DNA from: Pirellulales bacterium
Lineage (GTDB): Bacteria > Planctomycetota > Planctomycetia > Pirellulales > JBGAPH01
Length of the DNA: 64,000 bases
Assembly: GCA_046349955.1 (NCBI GenBank)
Contig: JAXMBI010000004.1
Coordinates: 28,237 to 92,236 of the forward strand
Reading direction: 5' to 3'
The first letter of the stretch is position 1, and the number at the start of each line of letters is the position of its first letter. Made by a program: the position numbers and the translations under genes. Under the pieces are notes generated by a model that worked only from the letters and a program-made list of their open reading frames with translations, was not told the origin of the DNA and ran no database searches. Below are positions 39,309 to 47,525 of this stretch, one piece after another.

Positions 39309-40292
39309 TCACCATCCGCGGCCAAACCCTGTGCCGACGCCAGCGCCGAACCCTCCGCCGCCCCAGCCACCGATCGACGAGCCGATCACACCGCCGAGTC
39401 CGACGCCGGGCGAGCCATAGTACCCGCCGCCGTAACCCGGGCCATATCCGGCCCCGTATCCCGGACCATACCCGCCGTAGTAACCGCCCCCGTAGCCGAA
39501 GGCCCGGCCGTAACCGGGATAATAGGTCGGCGGGCTATAGCGGCCGTAGCCATAGCTTCGATAAGCCGGCCCGACGCCACGATAGCCCATCGCCCACTGC
39601 CGCGGCCCAAGCGTGTAAGTCGTCACGGTCCCCGCAGGGTAGCTCGCGATTCCGTTCGCGCTCTTCGACGCGTTGATCGGCGTCGATTCGACGAACGCAC
39701 TGCCGCTCGTTGCCCCCGTTTTACGGGCATAGAGGGCGCCTGGCTGGTAGGGCACCCAGCGGTCGGCTTGCAGAATCCGCCAGGTCTTGTCGGTCGTCCA
39801 GTACCACCAGAGATCATCGTGCCACTTGAAACGCCAGGCATCGTCCGCGCTTCCTGCGGGCGGGGCTGGCAAACCAGCCCGGGCGGGGAGCGGCCTTGGG
39901 GCAGCACGAGTCGCGGGGCTGGGCGATTGGCCGGCGGTTGCCGGCGACGGTCTGGGAGCGACGACGGCCGGTTGTTCTGGGAGTGCGACCGGATCGGGGC
40001 CCGTTGTCGGCCCGGCCGATTCTTCGCCGAGGTTGGCCGCGTCACGGCGAGCCGCCTCCGACGAATCGTTCGACGGCAACAGGCCTGGCGTCACGGCGCC
40101 TTGGTCCGCGGTTGTCTCGCGGGGCAAGCTGAGGCCCGGAGTCTCTTCGAGCCCCGGCGTCTCTTCGAGCACAGAGCCGGGGAAAGCGTCGGGCGCAGCA
40201 CCACCAAGAGGCTGCGCTTGGATCGAGGCGGCGAACGGACCAACTGCTAGCAGGGCAATTAGCGGCGCGAGAGTGAGCAGATTAGCGCGCAT
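39309..40292 (-). CDS. Secreted protein with a W-rich central region and a Gly/Tyr-rich low-complexity C-terminal tail
   Basis: It has the signal peptide MRANLLTLAPLIALLAVGPFAASIQAQ. The tail is YGYGRYSPPTYYPGYGRAFGYGGGYYGGYGPGYGAGYGPGYGGGYYG...GGWGGGGFGAGVG. Confidence 0.6.
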   Translation of the reverse strand: MRANLLTLAPLIALLAVGPFAASIQAQPLGGAAPDAFPGSVLEETPGLEETPGLSLPRETTADQGAVTPGLLPSNDSSEAARRDAANLGEESAGPTTGPDPVALPEQPAVVAPRPSPATAGQSPSPATRAAPRPLPARAGLPAPPAGSADDAWRFKWHDDLWWYWTTDKTWRILQADRWVPYQPGALYARKTGATSGSAFVESTPINASKSANGIASYPAGTVTTYTLGPRQWAMGYRGVGPAYRSYGYGRYSPPTYYPGYGRAFGYGGGYYGGYGPGYGAGYGPGYGGGYYGSPGVGLGGVIGSSIGGWGGGGFGAGVGTGFGRGW

Positions 40293-40370
40293 CGAAAGGG
40301 CTCCTTCGTTGTCCTTGAACTACGCAGGCATTTCTTGTCTTGTTCTTGGCGAACACTGCCCTTGGCCGTC

Positions 40371-40889
40371 CTAACCTTCGCGGAGCGGTACCGGCTCGGC
40401 CCCCGTGTCGGCCAGAATCTGCGAAGCCTTTGCCAACGTGGCGACATCGTCGGGATCTCGCGCCTCGGCGGCGACCAAAATCTTGCCCGCTTGCACCGCC
40501 TGGTCGTAGTAGTTGGCCAGTTCCCGTTCTACGCCGCGGGTCATCATAGCGCCGGCCAGGCCGCCCACGACTCCGCCGGCCCAGGCGGCCAAGCTGCCGA
40601 ACACGAGCAAGCCAGCGCCTCCCGTCGCCACGGTCGCTACGGCGGCGGTCAGCCCGCCGATCACCGCGCCAATCGTTCCGCCGGCCACGGCCGCCGCCGG
40701 CGTGTGCGAGCCGGCCGGATCTTGGTGCTCGAACGGCCGAAACTTGGCTTCGATGGCTTCGTTCGAGCAGACGACGGTGATTTGATCTTCCGTGAAACCC
40801 GCGGCGAGCAGACCCCTTACGGCCGCATCGGCCGAGGCCACTGTGCTGAAAACGCCCGCGCGGATGGGTCGATCATGTAGTACCGCCAT
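40371..40889 (-). CDS. General stress protein 17M/YflT-like domain protein with a Gly/Ala-rich membrane-like middle segment
   Basis: The ATG at 40889 gives MAVLHDRPIRAGVFSTVASADAAVRGLLAAGFTEDQITVV, which matches the YflT-type N-terminal domain. The central GGTIGAVIGGLTAAVATVATGGAGLLVFGSLAAWAGGVVGGLAGA is glycine-zipper-like. Confidence 0.65.
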   Translation of the reverse strand: MAVLHDRPIRAGVFSTVASADAAVRGLLAAGFTEDQITVVCSNEAIEAKFRPFEHQDPAGSHTPAAAVAGGTIGAVIGGLTAAVATVATGGAGLLVFGSLAAWAGGVVGGLAGAMMTRGVERELANYYDQAVQAGKILVAAEARDPDDVATLAKASQILADTGAEPVPLREG

Positions 40890-41453
40890 GACTCTGTCCT
40901 CCCAGCAAGGTTGGTGCGAAATGTTGGCTGAATTAGAAGGCAATTCCCGTGCCTAGGTTTGCGAGCTCGCGGTTGCCGCTACGATCGGAGAATGCAACTG
41001 CTCGGCGTCTGCTGATTGGTCGCCCCGCCTGCGGGCTGGTTCATTCGTAGCCACCGGCGATTGCCCCTTCGCGAATCGCAAGGCATTTGCGCTGCGCCGC
41101 TAATTGTCTGCATGCCATCGGAGCGATTCGAGTTATGACTCGCGGAGGTCGCGATTGCGCGGCTGATTGATGGATTGGGCACGAATCGTGCGGCAAATCG
41201 CAATTCGTCACCCAATTGGGTGCTCGCGTTCGCGGTGATCGGTGCATGGGCGCCAGCGCACGAGTTACGAAACAGCAATTCACGAAATCGCGGCGCTTTC
41301 AGGCGGCGTCCGCATGTGCCTCGACCAGGATTGGCGCGAGGTCTCTGCGCAAGACTGCGCTCCCTAGGTTGCGCGTTCGAGCTGCGCTTGCGGCTGCGCG
41401 CTCGGGGGCACTTGCCTCCCGCCACCCTTTTTTCGTTTGATGAGGAGATCATC

Positions 41454-42356
41454 ATGAACCGTTCCTGGATTCGTCGCTTCGGCATCGCAGGCGCGTGCGC
41501 CGCCCCGCTGACCATGGGGGTAGCAGCCTGGGCCCAGGCCACCGACCAAGCCCGCGATCCGGCCGCGCAGAACCAGTCCGAAGCTGCTCAGGAGAGCGGT
41601 CGCCAACGTGACCGGCAGCCGGGCCGGGCGAGCGACGCAGAGCGCGAGCGGGTGCATGCCGGCGAGCATGCCGCTCAGAAGTTGGACGACCGCACCCTGG
41701 CCGCCCTGCTGCTGATCGGCAATCAGAAGGAGGTCGCAGTCAGTCGGCTCGCGGCAAACCGCGCTCAGAACGCCGAAGTGAAGCAGTTCGCCCAAGAGAT
41801 GAGCCAGGCGCACGGTCAGTTCATCGCCAAGCTCGCCCAGTTGGCCGGCGCTCGAGAGCGGGCCGATGGCGCCGCCAATCCCTTCGCGCCGCAGCGCGAT
41901 CCGGCGGGTCGCGCCGCCAGAGACGCTGACTCCAAGGCCAACAGCGGGGCCGACGCCCAGGCACGGACCGCCACCAACCCCGCGCATGCAGAGCAAGGTG
42001 ATCGGCAGCGGGGGGAATGGCAGCGCTATGACCTCGGGGCTTCGCCGCTGGTGAGCTTCGACCGTGAATTGGCCGACCAGTGCTTGCAGAGCACCGAGCG
42101 GTTCCTCGGTCAGCAGCAGGGCGCCGAGTTCGACAAGTGGTTCATGGCCCTGCAGCTCGTCGAGCACATGGGCATGCGCGACAAGCTGCAGGTGGCCCAG
42201 CGGCATGCCACGGGCGAGCTGCGGGCGCTTGTCGATCAGGGCATTCAGACGACCGATCAGCACATCCGCCAGGCGGAGCAAGTGATGCGGCAACTGCCGC
42301 ACGCGGGCGGCAGCGCGGCGCAAACGAGCAGCCGGCCCGGCGCGACGAAGCAGTAA
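41454..42356 (+). CDS. Exported DUF4142 domain protein (two copies of the domain)
   Basis: GAGGAG lies 8 nt upstream of the ATG. A signal peptide is present. LDDRTLAALLLIGNQKEVAVSRLAANRAQNAEVKQFAQEMSQAH matches the DUF4142 pattern, and a second copy lies near the C-terminus (FMALQLVEHMGMRDKLQVAQRHA). Confidence 0.7.
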   Translation: MNRSWIRRFGIAGACAAPLTMGVAAWAQATDQARDPAAQNQSEAAQESGRQRDRQPGRASDAERERVHAGEHAAQKLDDRTLAALLLIGNQKEVAVSRLAANRAQNAEVKQFAQEMSQAHGQFIAKLAQLAGARERADGAANPFAPQRDPAGRAARDADSKANSGADAQARTATNPAHAEQGDRQRGEWQRYDLGASPLVSFDRELADQCLQSTERFLGQQQGAEFDKWFMALQLVEHMGMRDKLQVAQRHATGELRALVDQGIQTTDQHIRQAEQVMRQLPHAGGSAAQTSSRPGATKQ

Positions 42357-42584
42357 GCTTGCCGGTTCACTGTTCCAGGGCCGCGGAGCGCCGTTGAGGA
42401 TGGCGCTTCGCGGCCTTTACTTTGCGCGTGAGTCCGCGCTGGCAAAAAAGCCCGGGCTTATCCCGCTCGAGGGGTGGTTTTCATCAATCGACGTGGCAAA
42501 CTTTGTCGATCATGCCGAAGACGGAAGCTTTGCCGGCTAGGGAATGCCCCGCGCCCGCGGCGAACAAGGAGGTCCGACGGCAGC

Positions 42585-44234
42585 ATGCGATTCGGCGCTT
42601 TGCGTGCAACGACTGCGGCATTCGCAGCGCTAGCCTGGGCAGGGCCGGCATTTGCGCAGGCGGCGCTGGTCGAGCCGCTGCCGCCGGTCGCCGAAGCGCC
42701 GGCGCCAGCAATCTCGGTCGGCCCCGCCATTTCTGGGGAACCGCTGCTGAGCGGCCCGCCCGCCCTCGCCGCCCCGTCTGCTCTGCTAGCAGCGCGGCAA
42801 GCCGAGGCGCCCACGCCGGCCCAAGCGCCCTCCGACACGAACCCCGACGACGTGCAAAACGCCCCGGGCGCCGACGACGGGTATCAGCCGCTCGACCTGT
42901 ACGAAACGATGCTCCGGGAGGCCGACTCCGAACTGCCTGGCGTAGGGCCGGTGCCACTGGCCGATTACGCGCCGCGGGGCTACGAAGCGCGCGAGTTTCA
43001 AGATGCTCCCGGCGCACCTGAGTTCGTCCGCATCAGTCCGCCCGTCCGCGTGACGGCCGAGGAGCGCGAGAAGTTCGTCGTTCGCGGCATCATGCCGGGG
43101 TCGTTCTTAGTGCCGGGCACGAACACTTCGTTCCGGTTGCGCGGCTTCGTGCGGCTGACGGGGCTCTACGATTTCGATCCGATCGGCAGCCGCGACGACT
43201 TCGTGACCAACACGATTCCGGTGCCGCAACAGGTGGGGCAGAACCAAAACTTCAGTGCCCGCTACAGCCGCTTCGCGCTCGAGACTTGGACACCCACGAA
43301 CGTGAAGGACTGGAACGTCCACACGTTCATCGAGGGCGACTTTTTCAACGGCCCGAACCAGGCCGTGGGTGGCGGCGGCAATCCGTTTCGCTTGCGGTTC
43401 GCGTTCGTTGATTTCGGCTACTTCCGCTTCGGCCAGCAGAACACCGTGTTCATGGACGGCAACGCCTGGCCCTCGACGGTCGACTTCGCCGGGCCGCGCG
43501 GATTGGTGAACCAGCGGCGCCCCAGCGCCCGGATGACGCTGCCGCTGGGATGCCATGGTTGGTTCTGGGCCGCCGGCGTCGAGGGGCCCTTCTCCGACAT
43601 CACGACCAACGGCCAAGGCACGCCGGTGCAAGACATCCCAGACGCGGCCACGCACATTCGCTACGAAGGGGACCTTGGGCACATTCAGATCTCCGGCGTG
43701 GCGCGCTCGATCGGCTACCGCCCCAGCTTTGGCGCGGTTACCCGCCGCAGTGGCTGGGGCGTAAGCGGCAGCACGGTCTTCCATCCCTGGGCCATGTTCC
43801 TGGGCACGAACCCCGTGCGCGACGAGAACCCCGACGGCCTCACCCGCAGCCGAATCCTCGCGCAGTACACATGCGGCTGGGGCATCGGCCGCTACATTCA
43901 GGACACCGCCGCCCTGGGGCTCGACGGCCAGGTCGATCCGCTCACCGGCAACTTCAGCACGCTCTACACCGCCGGCTGGAGCACCAGCTACGAACACTGG
44001 TTCGACGACAAGTGGCTCTGGAACACCACCTACTCGGAAGACTTCGTCGGCGCCAACGGCGGCCAGGCCTCGAGCACCTATCACGGCGCGAAATACCTGG
44101 CCTCGAGCGTGTGGTACATTCCCGTGCGCAACATGTCGCTGGGCGTCGAGTATGTCTGGGGCCAGCGGGCGAACATCGACCTGCAAAGCGCGCGGGCCGA
44201 CCGGGTGAACGCGCTGTTCCAGTACAACTTCTAG
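42585..44234 (+). CDS. Outer-membrane porin-like beta-barrel protein
   Basis: The ATG at 42585 gives the signal MRFGALRATTAAFAALAWAGPAFAQA. A long alternating beta pattern follows. The C-terminal ...VNALFQYNF has the aromatic-terminal OMP signature. Confidence 0.6.
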   Translation: MRFGALRATTAAFAALAWAGPAFAQAALVEPLPPVAEAPAPAISVGPAISGEPLLSGPPALAAPSALLAARQAEAPTPAQAPSDTNPDDVQNAPGADDGYQPLDLYETMLREADSELPGVGPVPLADYAPRGYEAREFQDAPGAPEFVRISPPVRVTAEEREKFVVRGIMPGSFLVPGTNTSFRLRGFVRLTGLYDFDPIGSRDDFVTNTIPVPQQVGQNQNFSARYSRFALETWTPTNVKDWNVHTFIEGDFFNGPNQAVGGGGNPFRLRFAFVDFGYFRFGQQNTVFMDGNAWPSTVDFAGPRGLVNQRRPSARMTLPLGCHGWFWAAGVEGPFSDITTNGQGTPVQDIPDAATHIRYEGDLGHIQISGVARSIGYRPSFGAVTRRSGWGVSGSTVFHPWAMFLGTNPVRDENPDGLTRSRILAQYTCGWGIGRYIQDTAALGLDGQVDPLTGNFSTLYTAGWSTSYEHWFDDKWLWNTTYSEDFVGANGGQASSTYHGAKYLASSVWYIPVRNMSLGVEYVWGQRANIDLQSARADRVNALFQYNF

Positions 44235-44252
44235 CACCGTGCAGCGACGCCG

Positions 44253-46295
44253 CTACTTCACGCGGCTGAAGCTCAACCCCGGATCGTCGGCCGGCGCGCC
44301 GTTGAGGGCGAAACGCCACTTGTCGGCGCCCAGCGGCGTGGCGACGCCGTCCATCGAGCCTTGGTCGGCGCTGGCCAGCACGAGCTGATCGCCATCGGCC
44401 TGAAGGTCTCCCTTGAGCGACACCGCCGGCTTGCCGGGCTGCTGCGCCTTCCAGGTGAACTGCGAGTCGTCGCCCACGCTCAGGTCGATCGTGGTGTCGC
44501 CCGCCTTGGCGCGCCAGGTTCCCACCAGGTCGATCTGCGGCTCGTCGCCGCTGGGGGCGGCAGCAGGTTTCGACGACGTTTCCGGCGGCTGTAGCGCCGC
44601 CAGCATCCGGGCAGCCGTGGTGTCCTTGGGCTGATTCTTCACAACGACCTGCAGCGCTTGGATCGCACGGTCCTTATCGCCCAGCACGAGCGCATGATAC
44701 GCCAGCACGAAGTGCGAGGCCGGATCGTTCGGGTGGGCCTGCGTGTAGGCGTCCAGCTTGTTGAGCTGCGCCTGGTACTGGTCGACATCTCCGTAGAGGC
44801 TGCTCATCGTCGTCCAGTCCATGCCGGGGGCCGAGGAGAGGAACGAGTTGAGCGCCGCCGCGGCCTGTTTGTAGTCGCCCAGGGCAAACAGCGCGAGCGC
44901 CCGAACTTCGTGGACCACCGGATCGTCCGGCAGCTTCTGAAGCGCCGCATCGAACTTGGTGAGAGCGCCGCGGTAGTCGCCCGATTTGAACTGCGCGAGT
45001 CCCGCGTCGAAGAGCTTGGTCGCCTGCTCCGTGGCCGGCGATTCGGCCGGCGGCGCGGCGGCGACATCGGCGCTGGCGTCGCCGTTCACGTAGTTGTTGA
45101 CCACCACGGGTTGCGAGTAGTCGTAGGGGACCGAGCTGCTGGCGACGTAGTACGGGTTGTAGTAGCTCGTGCCATAGCCCCAGCCCGAGGTCCACGCGCC
45201 GAGCCCCCAACCGACGGCCGTCCAAGCCAACGGCCGATACCAACTGCTGCCCCAGTAGCCGCGGTTCCAGCAGCCGTTGTACCAGCCGTAATGGTTGCGG
45301 ATGCAGTTGTTGTGCCAGTTGCCGGCCCAGCCTCCGCCGCCCCAACCCCAACCGGGGTTGTTCCAGCCGTGATCCCAACCGGGGCGGTTGCCGACGACGT
45401 TGCCGCCGCCGATGTTGACCCGGTTCCCAATGTTGATGTTGCCGTTGTTGATGCGGTTGCCGCCGCCGAGCACCGGCCGTTCCGCAGGGCGATCGCGGTC
45501 GCCAGGGCGATTGCCGCCGCCGATGTTGGGGCGGTCGCCCGGCCGGCCCGGTCGATCTCCAATGCCAGGCCGGTCGCCAATGCCTGGCCGATCGCCAATG
45601 TTGGGCCTGTCGCCAGGGCGCCCGACTCCCGGTCGATCGCCGATATTCGGCCGATCGCCGGCGCCAGGTCGGTTCCCGATGTTTGGTCGGTCACCCACGC
45701 CAGGCCGTCCTACGTTGCCTGGCAGCGTGCTGGGCCGCCCCGCGTTGCCGAAGCTCGGCCGATCGACGCCCCCGCCAACCCCGCCCGGCCGGCCAGCCAG
45801 GTCGCCGACGCCGGGACGAGAGCCGGCGCCTGGGCGGCTCGCCAAGTTGCCGGCGCCCCCTTGGGGCAGCGAGGGGCGGCTCACCGGATTCACGTGATTC
45901 GGCGGACGAACCGAGGGTCGGTTGCCGGCGCCCGCGCCGCCCGGCCGAGCGGCCAGATTGCCGGCGCTGGGCCGTCCTCCTGAGGGATTGAAGTTCGCAG
46001 CGCCGCCGCCCCCGGGACGAGCCGCGGGAGACGGGCGCGACGCATGCGCCATCGACGGCCGATTGACGTTCGGCCGCGCGGCCGCGGAATGAGCGCCGCC
46101 GCCGCCATAGCCCCCCATGGAGCGTCCGCCGCCGCCCCCCACATGTCCCATCGAGGGCCGGCCTCCTCCGCCGCCAACGCGTCCTCCTCCACCGCCGCCG
46201 CCGCGACCGCCGCGCCCTAACGTCACGGAGGAATCGAGCAGCAACCCTGCGATTGCCAAACTGCCGGCCAAAATGGTGATGCGAGAGAGGGCCAT
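44253..46295 (-). CDS. Secreted protein: Gly/Arg/Pro low-complexity repeats, a Trp/Gly/Asn-rich region, TPR repeats and a C-terminal beta domain
   Basis: It has a signal-anchor MALSRITILAGSLAIAGLLL and GDRPNIG/GDRPGIG reiterations. It also contains WGWGGGGWAGNW, TPR-like helices (AGLAQFKSGDYRGALTKFDAALQ..., ALFALGDYKQAAAAL...) and a C-terminal TWRAKAGDTTIDLSV... module. Confidence 0.65.
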   Translation of the reverse strand: MALSRITILAGSLAIAGLLLDSSVTLGRGGRGGGGGGGRVGGGGGRPSMGHVGGGGGRSMGGYGGGGAHSAAARPNVNRPSMAHASRPSPAARPGGGGAANFNPSGGRPSAGNLAARPGGAGAGNRPSVRPPNHVNPVSRPSLPQGGAGNLASRPGAGSRPGVGDLAGRPGGVGGGVDRPSFGNAGRPSTLPGNVGRPGVGDRPNIGNRPGAGDRPNIGDRPGVGRPGDRPNIGDRPGIGDRPGIGDRPGRPGDRPNIGGGNRPGDRDRPAERPVLGGGNRINNGNINIGNRVNIGGGNVVGNRPGWDHGWNNPGWGWGGGGWAGNWHNNCIRNHYGWYNGCWNRGYWGSSWYRPLAWTAVGWGLGAWTSGWGYGTSYYNPYYVASSSVPYDYSQPVVVNNYVNGDASADVAAAPPAESPATEQATKLFDAGLAQFKSGDYRGALTKFDAALQKLPDDPVVHEVRALALFALGDYKQAAAALNSFLSSAPGMDWTTMSSLYGDVDQYQAQLNKLDAYTQAHPNDPASHFVLAYHALVLGDKDRAIQALQVVVKNQPKDTTAARMLAALQPPETSSKPAAAPSGDEPQIDLVGTWRAKAGDTTIDLSVGDDSQFTWKAQQPGKPAVSLKGDLQADGDQLVLASADQGSMDGVATPLGADKWRFALNGAPADDPGLSFSRVK

Positions 46296-46347
46296 GAAGA
46301 GGCTCCTTGCGAAGAATGCGGTCGAGGGCGGCGCGGGACTGCTAGTG

Positions 46348-47247
46348 CTACTTGGCCGCGCTGGGCGGACGCCGCACGACGGTGATCTCGAAATCGGGCT
46401 CGCGGTCGCTCCCCACGATGCGCTCGGTGCCGGCCATCGTGAAGCGATTCTTGTCGGCCGGCACGATGCTGACGGTGGCCGAGGCCGTGGTTCCGTCGGG
46501 ATTGACGGAAGCCGATTTGATCACGACGCCGTCGTCGACGATGGTCCACACCCCTTCGGCGAACCCGCCATCGGAGTCGAACAGCCACGAACGCAGCTTG
46601 CCGGCCGCTGGATCCCAACCGATCCGCTGCGACGACTTGCGCGCCGCTCCCTCGCCCGGATTGAACTGGAACTCGCCGAGCAGGAAGTTCTTGTCCTCCG
46701 ACCAACGATAGGTGATGGCGACCTTGCCGTCGGCCCCTTCGTTCACCCAGTCTCCTACGAGCCAGGCGACGTCTTGCAGGCGCTCATGGGCCGTGGGCGC
46801 GGGGTCATCGGCGAAGTCTCGGATCGAGGCGAGCTTCCAACCGGCGTCGGTCTTGACCCGCACCGCCAGGAAGCGGAACTGCGACTTGGTGGCGCCATCC
46901 TTCGTGGTGATCGTCCGCGTGCCTTCCTCGATGGCGATCGGGCCCAAGAGCCGAATCGACTCGATGTTGACCGACAGCTTCGCTCCCGGGAAGCGGGCGA
47001 AGAACGCCTCGAGCAGGGCCTTGATTTCCTTCGCCCCCTGATAGACCGTGCCCTCCTCGTCGATGACCTCGCCCTGGGGCACGAACATGGCCACGATTTC
47101 GTCGGTCTTGCCGGCGTCGAACGCGACGGCCAACTGCTCGGCCGCCTTGCGCACCGCGGCCTCCTCCTGAGCCCATGCCCCGGGGGTCACGCTCGCGCCT
47201 GCGAGCAAGGTCAGCAGCGCCACCGCCAGATTTCTGATTCGACACAT
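46348..47247 (-). CDS. Exported tandem NTF2-like (SnoaL/DUF4440, SgcJ/EcaC-type) domain protein
   Basis: It has a signal peptide. AVRKAAEQLAVAFDAGKTDEIVAMFVPQGEVID...WKLASIRDF is the DUF4440-like pattern. A second similar half is present. Confidence 0.65.
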   Translation of the reverse strand: MCRIRNLAVALLTLLAGASVTPGAWAQEEAAVRKAAEQLAVAFDAGKTDEIVAMFVPQGEVIDEEGTVYQGAKEIKALLEAFFARFPGAKLSVNIESIRLLGPIAIEEGTRTITTKDGATKSQFRFLAVRVKTDAGWKLASIRDFADDPAPTAHERLQDVAWLVGDWVNEGADGKVAITYRWSEDKNFLLGEFQFNPGEGAARKSSQRIGWDPAAGKLRSWLFDSDGGFAEGVWTIVDDGVVIKSASVNPDGTTASATVSIVPADKNRFTMAGTERIVGSDREPDFEITVVRRPPSAAK

Positions 47248-47456
47248 GGGAGAGCGTCCTCAGTCAGGGTCACAAAGGGGTCGGCCGGGCCGGTCCGTAA
47301 AGCATAGCTGACTGCCGGCGATGTCAAGACGCAACTGGGTTTTCGCTGCGTTGCCGAGAAAAGGGGGGTTGCGCGCGGGAGAGCGCGCTCGACTGCCGAA
47401 CTGGGACCGCCCACGCGACGCCGCTTGCACAGCACACGGAGACTCTTCTCGCCTGG

Positions 47457-47474
47457 TTCCCCCGCAAGGGGGAA
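47457..47474 (+). promoter_or_regulatory. Perfect 7-bp hairpin with a GCAA tetraloop in the 5' leader of the SLC13 permease gene
   Basis: The hairpin is TTCCCCC-GCAA-GGGGGAA, about 50 nt upstream of the ATG at 47526. Its function is unknown. Confidence 0.2.
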
Positions 47475-47525
47475 TGCGGTAAGGTTGGGGCCAAGCGGGT
47501 CTGGGCGATCCTGGAAGGGCGGTAC

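Noticed and set aside
40979-41542. A 187-aa minus-strand ORF, and the 80-aa ORF at 41041-41283, inside the long intergenic region.
   Set aside because: Their composition is non-coding-like (Arg/Ser/Asn-rich, with no G/C third-position bias). The 187-aa ORF runs into the start of the DUF4142 gene on the opposite strand. No motif was found.
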